64,000 nucleotides of DNA from Takakia lepidozioides (taxonomy: Eukaryota > Plantae > Bryophyta). The translations under genes and the position numbers were made by a program. A model generated the notes under the pieces. It was not told where the DNA came from and made no database searches. It saw only the letters and a program-made list of their open reading frames with translations. This document shows, piece by piece, positions 34,910 to 47,579 of this stretch; the stretch's first letter is position 1; the number at the start of each line of letters is the position of its first letter. The stretch is taken from contig CM060733.1 in NCBI GenBank assembly GCA_030704615.1, forward strand, positions 26,784,001 to 26,848,000, given 5' to 3'.

Positions 34910-37235
34910 ACTGAGGGTTACATGGTGGTGAGGGTTACAGAGGGTCAGAGAGGGTTACATGGAGTGAGGGTTACATAGGGGTGAGGGTGACACTCTGCGG
35001 TGTGTACAGAGGGTTACATGGTGGTGAGGGTTACAAAGGGTCACAGAGGGTTACATGGGTTACAGAGGGTTACATAAGGGGTGAGGACGACACTCTACGG
35101 TGTTACAGAGGGTACATAGGTTACAGAGCCACAGAGGGTTTGTGAGGGTTACATGGAGTGAGGGTTACATGGTGGCGAGGGTGACACTCTGCGGTGTTAC
35201 AGAGGGTTACATGGAGGTAAGGGTTACACCTGGTGAGGGATATAGAGGGTCATAGAGGGTTACATGGAGTGAGGGTTACATGGTGGTGAGGGTTACAGAG
35301 GGTCAAAGAGGGTTACATGGAATGAGGGGTTACATACGGGTGAGGGTGACACTTTGCGGTGTTACAGAGGGTTACATGGTGGTGAGGGTTACAAGGGTCA
35401 CAGAGGGTTACATGGGTTACAGAGGGTTACATGGATTACAGAGGGTTACATGGAGTGAGGGTTACATAAGGGTGAGGGCGACACTCTGCGGTGTCACAAA
35501 GGGTTTGTGAGGGTTACGGAGGGTTACATGGTGGCGAGGGTGACACTCTGCGGTGTTACAGAGGGTTACATGGTGGTAAGGATTACACCTGGTGAGGGAT
35601 ATAGAGGGTCAGAGAGGGTTACATGGAATGAGGGTTACATAGGGGTGAGGGTGACACTCTGCGGTGTTATAGAGGGTTACATGGTGGTGAGGGTTACAAA
35701 GGGTCACAGAGGGTTACATGGGTTACAGAGGGTTACATGGAGTGAGGGTTACATAAGGGGTGAGGGCGACACTCTGCGGTGTCACAAGGGTTTGTGAGGG
35801 TTACGGAGGGTTACATGGTGGCGAGGGTGACACTCTGCGGTGTTACAGAGGGTTACATGGTGGTAAGGGTTACACCTGGTGAGGGATATAGAGGGTCACA
35901 TGGGTTACAGAGGGTTACATGGTGGTGAGGGTTATAGAGGGTCAGAGAGGGTTACATGGAGTGAGGGTTACATACGGGTGAGGGTGACACTCTGCGGTGT
36001 TATAGAGGGTTACATGGTGGTGAGGGTTACAAAGGGTCACAGAGGGTTACATGGGTTACAGAGGGTTACATAAGGGGTGAGGACGACACTCTACGGTGTT
36101 ACAGAGGGTTACATAGGTTACAGAGCCACAGAGGGTTTGTGAGGGTTACATGGAGTGAGGGTTACATGGTGGCGAGGGTGACACTCTGCGGTGTTACAGA
36201 GGGTTACATGGAGGTAAGGGTTACACCTGGTGAGGGATATAGAGATCACAGAGGGTTACATGGAGTGAGGGTTACAGAGGGTCAGAGAGGGTTACATGGA
36301 ATGAGGGTTACATACGGGTGAGGGTGACACTCTGCGGTGTTACAGAGGGTTACATGGTGGTGAGGGTTACAAAGGGTCACAGAGGGTTACATGGGTTACA
36401 GAGGGTTACAAAGGGGTGAGGACGACACTCTACGGTGTTACAGAGGGTTACATAGGTTACAGAGCCACAGAGGGTTTGTGAGGGTTACATGGAGTGAGGG
36501 TTACATGGTGGCGAGGGTGACACTCTGCGGTGTTACAGAGGGTTACATGGAGGTAAGGGTTACACCTGGTGAGGGATATAGAGGGTCACAGAGGGTTACA
36601 TGGAGTGAGGGTTACAGAGGGTCAAAGAGGGTTACATGGAATGAGGGTGACACTCTGCGGTGTTACAGAGGGTTACATGGTGGTGAGGGTTACAAAGGGT
36701 CACAGAGGGTTACATGGGTTACAGAGGGTTACATGGAGTGAGGGTTACATAAGGGGTGAGGGCGACACTCTGCGGTATTACAGAGGGTTACATAGGGTTA
36801 CATGGGTTGCAAAGTGTTACAGAGGGTTACATGTAGTGAGGGTTACATAGGGGTGGGGGGTGACACTCTGCGGTGTTATAGAGGGTTACATGGGTTACAG
36901 AGGGTCAGGGGTTATATGGGTTACAAAGGGTTACATGGTAATGTGGGTTACACTCGGCGGAGTTACAGAGGGTTACATGGGGGTGATGGTTGAACCCGGG
37001 GCGGGGTTACAGGGAACTGGCGGACTGCTGGAAGCGGCGGACTGGTGTCGCAGAACGAGGACGCAGGGGGCGACGACGCCGATGGGATGAGGGCGGGGGT
37101 GGGGAGGGATTGACCGAGCCCAGCCGGCTGCCTTTCGATGTCTGCCGGAGGCGAAGAACCGGCGGTACGGGTGTCAGGGCTGGACCGTCCTGACGCGCTT
37201 GCATTAAGTTCTTACATTATTCCTATTATCTTCCC
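34910..37235 (-). repeat. Right arm: GGGTTACA arrays plus terminal sequence
   Basis: Reverse complement of the left arm; higher-order unit number differs. Confidence 0.9.
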
Positions 37236-38208
37236 TTTCTGAGCACCTCAAGCAAATTTATCATTTAAGCTTCGATCCATCATCCACCCTCTGTTCGGGG
37301 TGAGATACTCTCTTGTGAAGTAAGACCAACTCACGAGACAGATTACAGTGACGCCATTTGGCATAGTGAACGCACCCCAGTGGGCTCCAGAGTATGCTTG
37401 CATAAACGGTGATAATAAGGGCCAAATACTCCCCGTATATCAATAATACATCAGCCTTCATCCTCCACTTGAATTGGATTGAAGCATCAGCTGGAGCCGG
37501 AAGACTCATAGTCCATGTCGAAGGTGAATGACGGATTCAGCCTCTTTGGCTCTGGCACTTATGCTCTAATTTCACAACACTAGATATGAAATGTAAGGCT
37601 TGTTATGGAGTGATACACATATCAAATTGGTCAATGCGCAACTTGTAGAATCCAGTACATTTGCTATCATAGACAAGAAACGCTGCGATTTCACAAAGAA
37701 GAACCAGGGGTCAGTTTTTCATCAAGAAACTTTACGCACACAATGCATCTAACAGTCGACCAAGTCTATAGGAAACACTTCCAAAAATGGTTAGCATGCA
37801 GTAAGAGAGTGACACAGATATATGTATGCATCTTCAATTCTATTTTATTAGAACCCAATCAGTTCCTGCCTATATTTGCCTAGTAACATAAGCTCATCGT
37901 TTCTTAAGATCTATGCGATCATGAAGCCATATCTCCATATTGATGTTACCTTTCTACGTCGACTAAAGGATGCCGAGTCCGTGAGCCTGGAAATGTGGGA
38001 AGGTACAGGTTCAGACAAACCCAGGTATTTGGGTGAGCAGGTGGTTCCAAGGCACTAGCTTGCAATAGTGATTGCCACCACTAGCTTGAGCTGCGAATAC
38101 TTCGTCAGCTACTTCTATTGGCCAGACTCAAAGTGTTCAACTCTAAGAAGACCGGCAGTTTTTCGCAACTCTCAATGGTAGGTGAGCATGCAGTGTGAGT
38201 ATATTATT

Positions 38209-41200
38209 CTAAGCCAGTGCCATAGAATTGAGCACTGTTTGATGTTGTGTCCAAGACTGTGGGAGTTCCTGCTCAAACAGAGAAGGCCCCGGATGGGACA
38301 AGATACTAGCACCCAAGCAGACATCACCATCATACAATACTAATGCTTGGCCTGGCGTTACAGCTCTTGCAGGGCTTGCAAATCGCACCTGCCAACACAA
38401 ACCCACAAAATGTCCCCTTCCAGTGCATTTCTCACTGTTTCAAATGAATGAAAAAAGGTTCTTTATTCTTCGGGTAAAGTGAGTGAAGTTACTCTCCTTG
38501 ATGGTCATTATATTTGCAATTTGGTTGTCATGGACCTTTAGGGTATGCAAAGACACTAATCCTTTTCAGAAAATCTCTGAAAACGCTGAGAAAATTAGAG
38601 GACTTCGCTTTCATAGTCTTCTGGCTGTAGACCAGTGCTCAAATGAAATGGAGTAAGGAAGGGAGCAGAGAGAAAGAAAGAGAAGAAATCAAATCAAATC
38701 AAATGGTACTTTATAATGTCCACGGAGAAAAAAACCTTGAAATCATCCACATTGACAAGGGCACTGGGACAAAGTAAAACAGTAAGGAAAAACCAAACTA
38801 GATTGTGAGAGAGGAGGGGTTTTAGTAAGGCTGACCGGCATACAAAAATGGGCACACACCTGTAACTGCTGCTTCTCCTGAAGACTGGAAGATTTCGTAG
38901 CATCAAAGGCTGTGGTCTTCTGAAGTCGACAGAAGGTGCTGGGAGCAAACTCAACCGACTGGGTGCCAACCAAACCCATGCCAGCATTAATAGCATCCAC
39001 GTGTGTCGAGTCTGAGAAAGTAACTACACACTCCTCTAACTGTTGCCGATAGCGTGCTTTAAACATACATGTTAATGGCCTCCCATCCTGAAGGGCTTTG
39101 GGGGCTTCCCCAGAAATCCAGAATGGAGAATCTGCCACATATGCCAGGAAAAAGAGTTTCAAGATGCTGCCACATCCAAGTTACATGTACCAGACATGGA
39201 AATTGTAGTAAGTTGGGATTTCTCCTTGCGCATGAATGGGGTATACTCACGTGTCTTTGCAAGCAAACATGTCTACTTTTTCCTGTAACCATGCAATTTT
39301 TCGCATTGAAAATGAAAATCGAAGAGAGAGTAGTAGGCACATGCAGAAACAAGGACATTGAAGAGATAAATACCTGCAACGGCAGTAGTGCAGAAGAGAG
39401 CAGGGTGATCAGCACCCGGTGCAACAAACACAATATTATTAGGCACATCCTTCCCTACTACATAGAAGGCTTCTGGAACCCCACTGATGCCAGCTCGTTG
39501 GCCATGTGTATATGCTGCAATGCCCTCATGCATACTCACGAGGGTCTGGCCATAAACAGACACAAATGGGCCGGGGTTCATCTCAACATACTCAGATATG
39601 AAGTCACGAAAATGGCGCCTCCCAACAAAGCAAATTCCCGCACTGCTGCGTTTGGTTGCTATTTTAAGGCCTTCAGCTACTGCCAGTTTACGAACTTCGG
39701 ATTTCAGTAAAGATCCCACTGGGAAAAGAACCCTTTCAAATGCAGCAGCGCCCTGGCCAGGGTGAAAGATACAGTTAAAACACTACACCATGCAGTTTGA
39801 GTTGACCACCTAATGGCACTTGAGAAGTGCCTGAGACATGTACAACTACCTAACAATGATGACAGGAGATGTCAGGTTGGACTAGATGGACTAACACCTG
39901 AGAGTTCAAAAAAGAAGAAACTTACAACGGAAGCCAAAAAATACGACTGGTCTTTGTGATGGTCTGTCCCACGAAGCAGCTCCACATTGCCTCCATTCAG
40001 GGGCCGATGAAGGCGAGCATAGTGCCCGGTAGCTAACTTGTCAGCTCCCATTTGCACGGCATGCTCCAGCAGTGCATCAAACTAAAACCCAGCAGATCGT
40101 AAATCACATTTGCAGAATAGTAAACCCAATCATGCCCTTCTGCAAAATGCTCTGAGGAATGGTGATGGTGAGCATACAAGCAGATAGCAGGTTCTGTCCC
40201 CCTTCTCCTGTAAGACCATTAGACATAGAAAGCAGTAGTTTACCAAATGGAAAGGATTGGATTCACTAAAACACGAAGGTAAAATTCCCAGAAATCATCC
40301 ATTGAGCCAACTGTATTGAGGATGGAAATGAGGGGAGAGGGAACACCTTGATGCACTGATTGCAGGCAAGATCAGGGTTGGGGGTGAAGCCCATGGCAAA
40401 CTTTTCTGTGAAATTCTCAAACACCTCAATCCAGTAGCGCTTTTGGTAATCCACCTCAAATAGCTCTATTCCTACACACCAAAAAATTTGATCAACTGAA
40501 ATGCATCATTAGACTCTGCTTGCAGTAGCCAAGGGCACGACATCCCAGAGCCCTGTTTGGACATGAAAGAGAAGGGGAAAGGAAAAAGAGTGAGAGGAAC
40601 TTTAGACCGAGAAGAGGAGAGACACAGTGAGTAAGGGTTCAATGTATCTGCTCCCCACAAAAGCATTTAACCGGAGAGAGATAAAGAGAGAAAGCAACCA
40701 ACGAACCAAGGTCTTTGCAGACCATTTCGGCATCCTGGAAGTCTTCGTCAGCCGTGCAATTACCCCCACCTGCCTCATCGCGTGAGTCCCAATTGCGCAT
40801 GTATAATCCAAACACCTTGTAACCCTGAAACAAATGCTACACTCCATTATGCAAAAGCCTATCCACCAACATAGACATGGTGACCTTATTAACGATTTAA
40901 GGTTTTAGAAGAGAAATCCCCGGCTAGGATTAAACTCCCCACCTTAGCAGGAGTGGAAGCAGGTTGTCGGAAGGTAAAAAATGGAGAAAAATCGAAACAC
41001 CGTAGCTGTGTGCAGGAGAACTGCATTCTGGAATGAACTTCAACCCTCAAAGCAACTCTCTTTCATAACAAACGAAAATGAACCTGGCGTTGGAGTAACA
41101 GCGCTGCAACCGAAGAATCCACACCTCCGGACATTCCAACTGCAACAACACCCTGACTGCTTCTTCCTTTTTCTTCCTCTGAAACAATTGTTTCTCTCAA

Positions 41201-41443
41201 GTTGCCAAACCTCCTACACTGGAAATAATTTATTCCACGATCTTCGGGAAAAACATAAATGGAAGAACATATCACTTCTCCGTTTCTTCTCATTCCAGTC
41301 ACAGTATTGTCTGAACCCAGGGTGGGTTCTCGTTTCTGTAAAGTGCATGAATTTGCCCGACCCATTTCACATTTTTCCCCAAACAATAGACACCTCCTTG
41401 CTAATCTTTGGAAAGGAGGGAACCCACATAAACCCCTTCGCAT
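38209..41443 (-). CDS. mnmA: tRNA-specific 2-thiouridylase MnmA/TRMU, organellar, multi-exon
   Basis: PP-loop [74 protein letters not shown]-terminal extension consistent with a transit peptide; exons appear intact. Confidence 0.93.
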
Positions 41444-41681
41444 GGCCGGATGGGTCCAAAAGACAAGGGGAGTATGAGGGGGTCAGTCACTGCTTACAAG
41501 GCTTGCTCGTAACAAATGCCAGAGACAACGGAGCGTGGGAAGCCCCGCAGAAGGCGAAGACCTGTAGAGACTGGAACCCATCAGTGGCTCCACTCATCCA
41601 GACCCCTCTACTTCTGGTACTGCGTGCAAAACCTTTACCATCAACTCTCCCTGTCTTCCACCATACCCACTATACTGTATG

Positions 41682-41714
<33 letters not shown>

Positions 41715-43750
41715 GTCGGTGGCTGACCTCTCAGTCCCTCCTCTATGGGCATAGAGGTTTTGTATTTTCCTTTTTTGGGTCTTTCTGTGGGGGTACAACA
41801 CACTGCCACCAGGGACAGTTGATGTCTAATACGACCCCCTTTCCGATTACGGTTGAGCTAATAAAGTTATCCTTAAAGTAATGCCCTGTTTGGTCCCCTC
41901 TAACTTGTGTTTCATCCCCAGTTTGAGTGCAGACGTAAAGTCAGCAAAATTGGGCATGAGTTTGCCAAACTGGGCACGAGTTTGTGAAAATTGGGCATGA
42001 GTCTCGCAGCCGCTGCACTTTCTCACGCCCGTGCAGTGATCTCGCAGCTTGCTGCTCGCAGGTCGCTCGGTGTCACGGGCGTTTTGCTCGGCACAACCCA
42101 CAAACTGGGTAAGAAACTAGTTTGACCACCAGTTTTGATGCTCAAACTAGTTTCATCCCGTGTTTTTTGGCTCTCTTGTTTTTTGGCTCTCTTGTAGAGA
42201 GAGACTGTGCGGAGACGTGCAAGTCAATGGAGAAAATGTGGTCAAAGTACCTTACACCATGTCAAGGCGCTGATTGGTCTGTTGTACTGAGTCATGCTCC
42301 CTAGTCTAACCTTCCTGTTATGTTATGCCAAAGCAAAGCAAGAGAGCCAATTGCCGTTTGAGGCTTGTTTCCTTTGTATGAGTTTGGTCCCGGGTTTCTT
42401 AACTCGTCCCCACTTTTGGCCAAACTGGGGGTACTCGTCCCCAGTTTTTGACACTTTACGGATAACTTTAATGTATAGTGGCCCATTTGCACCTGCGGTA
42501 AAAATGTCCAAGTTGGTGAAAGAGGGAAACGGTGATCGGGAAGTCATAGTGGCCCATTTGCACCTTATGAGTAGAATTAAGCGGGTCCAGAGAGCCGAGA
42601 TTCAAAGGGGGAGCTTGAGATCCTAGTCTGGTGGGGACTACCTTCACGTCTTCGATCCGACCAATTGCGCTCTTTAGTTCTGAGATCACAACTTTTAGTG
42701 GATTAGACAAGTTTGTACGCAAGCAAGAAAGTGAGACAACTCGTTTTCAAGTGTAGATATCCGATTGGACTCTCTCGCTATGGACGATTTGACTGCGAAT
42801 CCGCACTTTTAAAGCTTGGTGTAGGCAGCCATGAAGAGCCGGTAAACTGAATTGCGAGGATGTCTGGTGCCGACGTGCCCAGATGAACTTTACATCACTA
42901 ACATATAAATTTGTGAAGCAAATTACAGAGACAAAGGTATGATCGCAGCTAGCACCAACTTTCAAAATCCTTCAAGCTTCAGATCTCTTTTAGCGATGAT
43001 CCCAAAACAGTCTAGAGTGACACTCCAAAATCAGTATTCCTGTTCCTTTCTCAAACTCGAGCTGCAGTCGAACTTAAAAAAGTCACTCCAACCAAAACAG
43101 CAACTGATGCTTTTCTGGTCCATAAAATTACATGCCTGAAAGAGTCTCCTGTAAGTTTTAAATAGATTGCAAAAGGCTAGCTTTCAAGACCCAACTATTT
43201 AATTAGGTTACATTCCTGGGCAGAAAGTCTATGTCACTCCTGGACCAGTAAGTCTGACCTAATTCTATACATTGCTAGGCGCACACCCAAAATTGCTCTT
43301 GCACAGGGGTTATCAGCAACTGAAGATACCAAATTTTAGCTTTTTCTTGGTTCAGACCTACCCCATACCCCATCACTGGTGGCAAAATATCTTTGGTCTT
43401 CCTCCATTACTAAATAATGTTCCATGGCCGTCTTGGAATTGTGGGAAAAAGCAGAGATGTTGTTGCCCACATAGATTGGATTTTGTGAAAACAATGTGCG
43501 CACTCACGCTTCCCAATGTCCACGATGGGTTGATGAGGCCAAACGAACGTCACCTTTGCAGTGTGGTCCCGATAGCAACCCTAGTTTTTTGACAGAATAG
43601 CAGCACCTGTCATCTTTGAAGCAGCCAAGACCTGGCCCCTTTCGCAGACCTGTCCTTACAGTATTGTCCCACCCCAGAATAGAGGTTCCATAGCAGCATC
43701 TACCTCATCTTAGCAGCAGCAAAGAGGTGGCTCCTCTCATAGACCTCTGT

Positions 43751-44210
43751 CTTTCATCAGTTTTCTCACCTTTGCAATATTATTGCGCCAGCCAGCCACA
43801 GAGTAGATCTGCAATAACAGCTTATAGGCTATAGGTGATAGAGCATGCTTTTGCCACATATTCTCCCAGCTTGACATTGCCATGAATTCTGCAGGCACCC
43901 AAGCAAGGTACCCCACACTGCAGCATCTGGTTTGAGTGGCACTTTGTTGATGAAAGCCTCGGCCTCATCCAATTGCCCTGTCTTCATCAGTTTTCTCACC
44001 TTTGCAATATCATTGCGCCAGCCAGCCACAGAGTAGATCTGCAATAACAGCCTATAGGCTATAGGTGCTAGAGCATGCTTTTTGCGACTTATTCTGCCAG
44101 CTTGACATTGCCATGACTTCTGCAGGCACCAAGCAAGGTACCCCACACTGCAGCATCTGGTTTGATTGGCACTTTGTTGATGAAAGCCTCGGCCTCATCC
44201 AATTGCCCTG
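43751..44210. repeat. Tandem duplication (230-bp period) of E-domain segment
   Basis: TTTTCTCACCTTTGCAATAT at 43761 and 43991; AATTGCCCTG at 43971 and 44201. Confidence 0.9.
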
Positions 44211-46824
44211 CACAGCCAAGAAGGTCTACCATGCAACCAAAATGCTCTACTGTAGGAGTGAGGCCATCATCTCGAGTCATCGAATCGAAGTAGTGAAGGC
44301 CTTCATCCACCAGTCCCAAATGACGACATACAGAGAGGACACATGTAAAGGAGATAGCATCTGGCTTCAAGCCTTCCTGCTGCATTTGTTCAAACAGATG
44401 CAAGGCCTCCATGCCACACCCATGTCGAGCATACCCTGCAAGCATCGCACTCCATGAGACTGCATCTCGCTTAGTCATCTTATCAAAAACTTGGCGAGCA
44501 TCATTTATATTCCCACATTTGGCATACATGTGAACAAGGGTATTCTCCAGATTGACATTAGGCACAATACTGGCTTTAATGATGTCAGCATGGACCTCTT
44601 TGCCCTTTCCCAGGGTTCCCATGCTGGCACAAGCATGGAGAAGGCTAATGAACGTGACTTTGTCTGGCATAACTCCTTCACGTATCATTTGCTCATAGAT
44701 CTTGAAAGACTCCCTTCCACACCCATGCTGAGCATATCCTGCGATCATTGCATTCCATGACACCACATTTCTTACAGCCATGCTGTCAAATACTGTACGC
44801 GAATCTTTTATGCTGCTGCATTTCGCATACATGGCCATCAGAGCAGTGTCAAGAATGATATCTGCCAATATTCCGACTTTGATGATGTCGGAGTGGACCT
44901 CTCTGCCCTTGTCCAGGGCTGTCGGGCTTGTACACGTGTTGAGAATACAAACGTGACACTGTCAGGCGTCACCCCTTCCTTTTTCATTTGTTCGTAGATT
45001 TCAAATGCCCTCTTACCACACCCATGCTGAGCATATCCTGCAAGCAGTGAACTCCAAGACACCACATCTCGTTTAGCCATGTTGTCAAATACTTGATGCG
45101 CATTCTTCATGTCCCCACATTTCGCATACATGTCGACAAGGGAATTGCCCAGAATAATAGTTGACTCAATTCCCATTTTGTCCATGTCAGCATGGACCTC
45201 TTTGCCCTTTTCCAGGGCTGCCAGGCTGGCACATGCATTGAGAATGCCAACAAAAGTTACCCAGTTGGGTATCACTCCTTCCCCTATCATTTGCGTGTAC
45301 ATCATCAAAGCCTCGCTTCCACACCCATGCTGAGCATATCCTGTCCATGAGACCACATTTCGCTTGGCCATATTGTCGAACACTTGATGTGCATCCGTCA
45401 TACTCCCACATTTCGCATATATGTCAGCAAGGGCATTGTCCAGAATGATATCTGGTCCAATTCTTGCTTCTATCATGTCAACATGGACCTCTTTGCCCTT
45501 TTCCAGGGTTGCCAGACTGGCACACACATTTAGAACGCAGGTGAAAGTTTGTCCGGCATAACCCCTTCCAGTATCATTTTCTTGTAGGTCTTGAAAGCAT
45601 CTGTACCACGCCCATGCTGCGCATATCCTCCGATCATCACGATCCATGAGACCACATTCCGACGAGCCATATTGTTGAACACTCGACAAGCATCGTTTAT
45701 GCTCCCACATTTAGCATACATGTCAACAAGGGCAGTGTCCACAATGATGTCTGACACAATCCCAGCTTTAAAGATGGCGCTGTGGACCTCTATGCCCTTT
45801 TGCAGTGTTGTCAAGCTTGCACATGCATTGAGAACACAAATGAATGTGACTTTGTCAGGTGTCACCCCTTCGCATATCATTTGCTCGTAGATCTACAGGG
45901 CCTCCCAACCACACCCGTGCTTGGCATATCCTGTGATCATCACAGTCCATGAGACCACATTCCGTTGAGTGGTACTGTCGAACACCCGACGGGCATCCTT
46001 CATGCTCCCACATTTGACATACGTGGCAATAAGGGCAGTGTCCAGAATGACATCCGGTTCAATTCCAGCTTTGATGATTTCAGTGTGGATCTCTATGCCC
46101 CTTCCCAGGCTGGCACATGCATTGAGAATGCAAGAGAATGTGACGCTGTTGGGTGTTACTCCTGTCCGTATCATTTGCTCATAGATCTCGAAGGCCACCC
46201 TGCTGCACCCTTGCTTAGCACTGCGATCATCGCCCTCCATGTGAATAATTCTCGCTCAGTCATCTTGTCAAACACTTGACGAGCATCCTTCATACTCCTA
46301 CACTTGGCATACATGTCAACGAGGGTATTCACCAGAATGATATCTGGCTCAATTCCAGCTTTGATCATGTCAGCATGGACTTCTATGCCTTTTAACAGAG
46401 CTTCCAGGCTGGCACGCGCTTTGAGAAGACAGGAGAAAGTGACATTGTCCGGTGTCATCCCTTCACGTAGCATTTGGTCATAGATCTTGAAAGCCTCCCT
46501 GCCACACACATTCTTGGCATATCCTGCTATCATTATATTCCACGTAAATATATCTTGTTCAGGCATGTTGTCAAACACTAGGCGTGCATCAACCATGCTA
46601 CCAGACTTAGCATACATGTTGACAAGGGTGTTGTGTAGAAAGATGTCTGGCTTGACTCCACTTTGGATAATGTGGGCATGCACCTGCTTTCCCTCTGCTA
46701 GGCTTTTCATGTTGGTGCACTCCAGCAAGAGGGAGATTTTAAGTGATGGAGTCTGCCAGAATGCCACCTTGGTTCAAAATGTGCAGAGCCTTTTTCAGTT
46801 GTCCTGTATTACATAGTGTCCTAG

Positions 46825-47214
46825 CATCCCACGTGCCAAAAGACTTCTTGTGAATCCCCTCTCTTCGTTTGGAGGTGTCTGATTGAAAAACTTGTGCTGC
46901 TCCTCCTTCCAGCTGACCATCTATCCATGCAGGTTTCTTGTAGCTTTCAATCCACAGTGCCTCCTCAGTACCCTTATGCCTGAAATCTGGTCCTCTTGTA
47001 TTGTTCCACACCCAAACTCTCATTTTACGTACTGTCCTCACATCCCAAGAGCCAGAAGACTTCTTGTAACCTCTCTCTCTTCGTCTGGAGGTATCTGATT
47101 CACAAACAACTGTGCTGCTCCTACTTTCAGTTGACCATCGACCCATGTAGGTTTCTTGTAGCCTTCAATCCACAGTGCCTCTTCCGTACCCTTGTGCCTG
47201 AAATCTAGTCCTCT
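46825..47214. repeat. Diverged tandem duplication (~217-bp period) in PPR N-terminal leader
   Basis: DFRHKGTEEALWIE(S/G)YKKP(A/T)W(I/V)DGQL is encoded twice. Confidence 0.85.
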
Positions 47215-47579
47215 GGGATTGATCTGCACCACACTCCAGCCCCCCCTCACTCAGCTCTCCCTCCATCCACAGAATTGACAGGATAGATCCCCCCCCCGCC
47301 CCACGTACTTGACAAGCCTGGTATCTCAGAGGATCCATCACAGAGTACAAGACCCTCCAATCATTTTTTAGTAACTAGCTGCCAAGACTCTGCACAGGAA
47401 AAGAACCTCTGAAAACAATGAGTAAGAAACCTGTACATAGAACCATGCTCACTTGCAAGAGATGTAGCACGTGCAAATGTGGTTGCACTGCCAGTCACAG
47501 TGTTGGGGAAAGACACAATTTTTTTCTGTCCATAGGAGATGCCAACACTCCTAGACAATAAAGCAGAACCAGAGAAACT

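Larger units (their letters stand above)
20788..37235. mobile_element. Large foldback-type Mutator-like element (MULE) with transposase, Ulp1 protease and unknown ORF
   Basis: Termini GGGA(A)GATAATAGGAATAATGTAAGAACTTAATGCAAGCGCG are inverted at both ends. Arms of ~2.3 kb are built from TGTAACCC repeats. Internal MULE DDE/SWIM transposase. No TSD detected. Confidence 0.9.
43710..47260 (-). pseudogene. Long PLS-class PPR-E gene lacking DYW, frameshifted
   Basis: Many PLS motifs across ORFs 46171-46767, 45893-46240, 45530-45880, 44838-45710 and 44089-44868. E domain KPDAAVWGTLLGAC; ends LMKDRGL* with no DYW. Confidence 0.88.

Noticed and set aside
21046-36993. Numerous ORFs with RVT/EGY/GLH repeats in the two arms
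   Set aside because: They are translations of the repeat arrays in several frames, with no coding signature.
41682-41709. (CT)n microsatellite (also AATATT repeats at ~6627-6660)
   Set aside because: Ordinary simple repeats.
41880-42170. Tourist/Harbinger-like MITE starting GCCCTGTTTGG
   Set aside because: No matching second TIR or TSD found.
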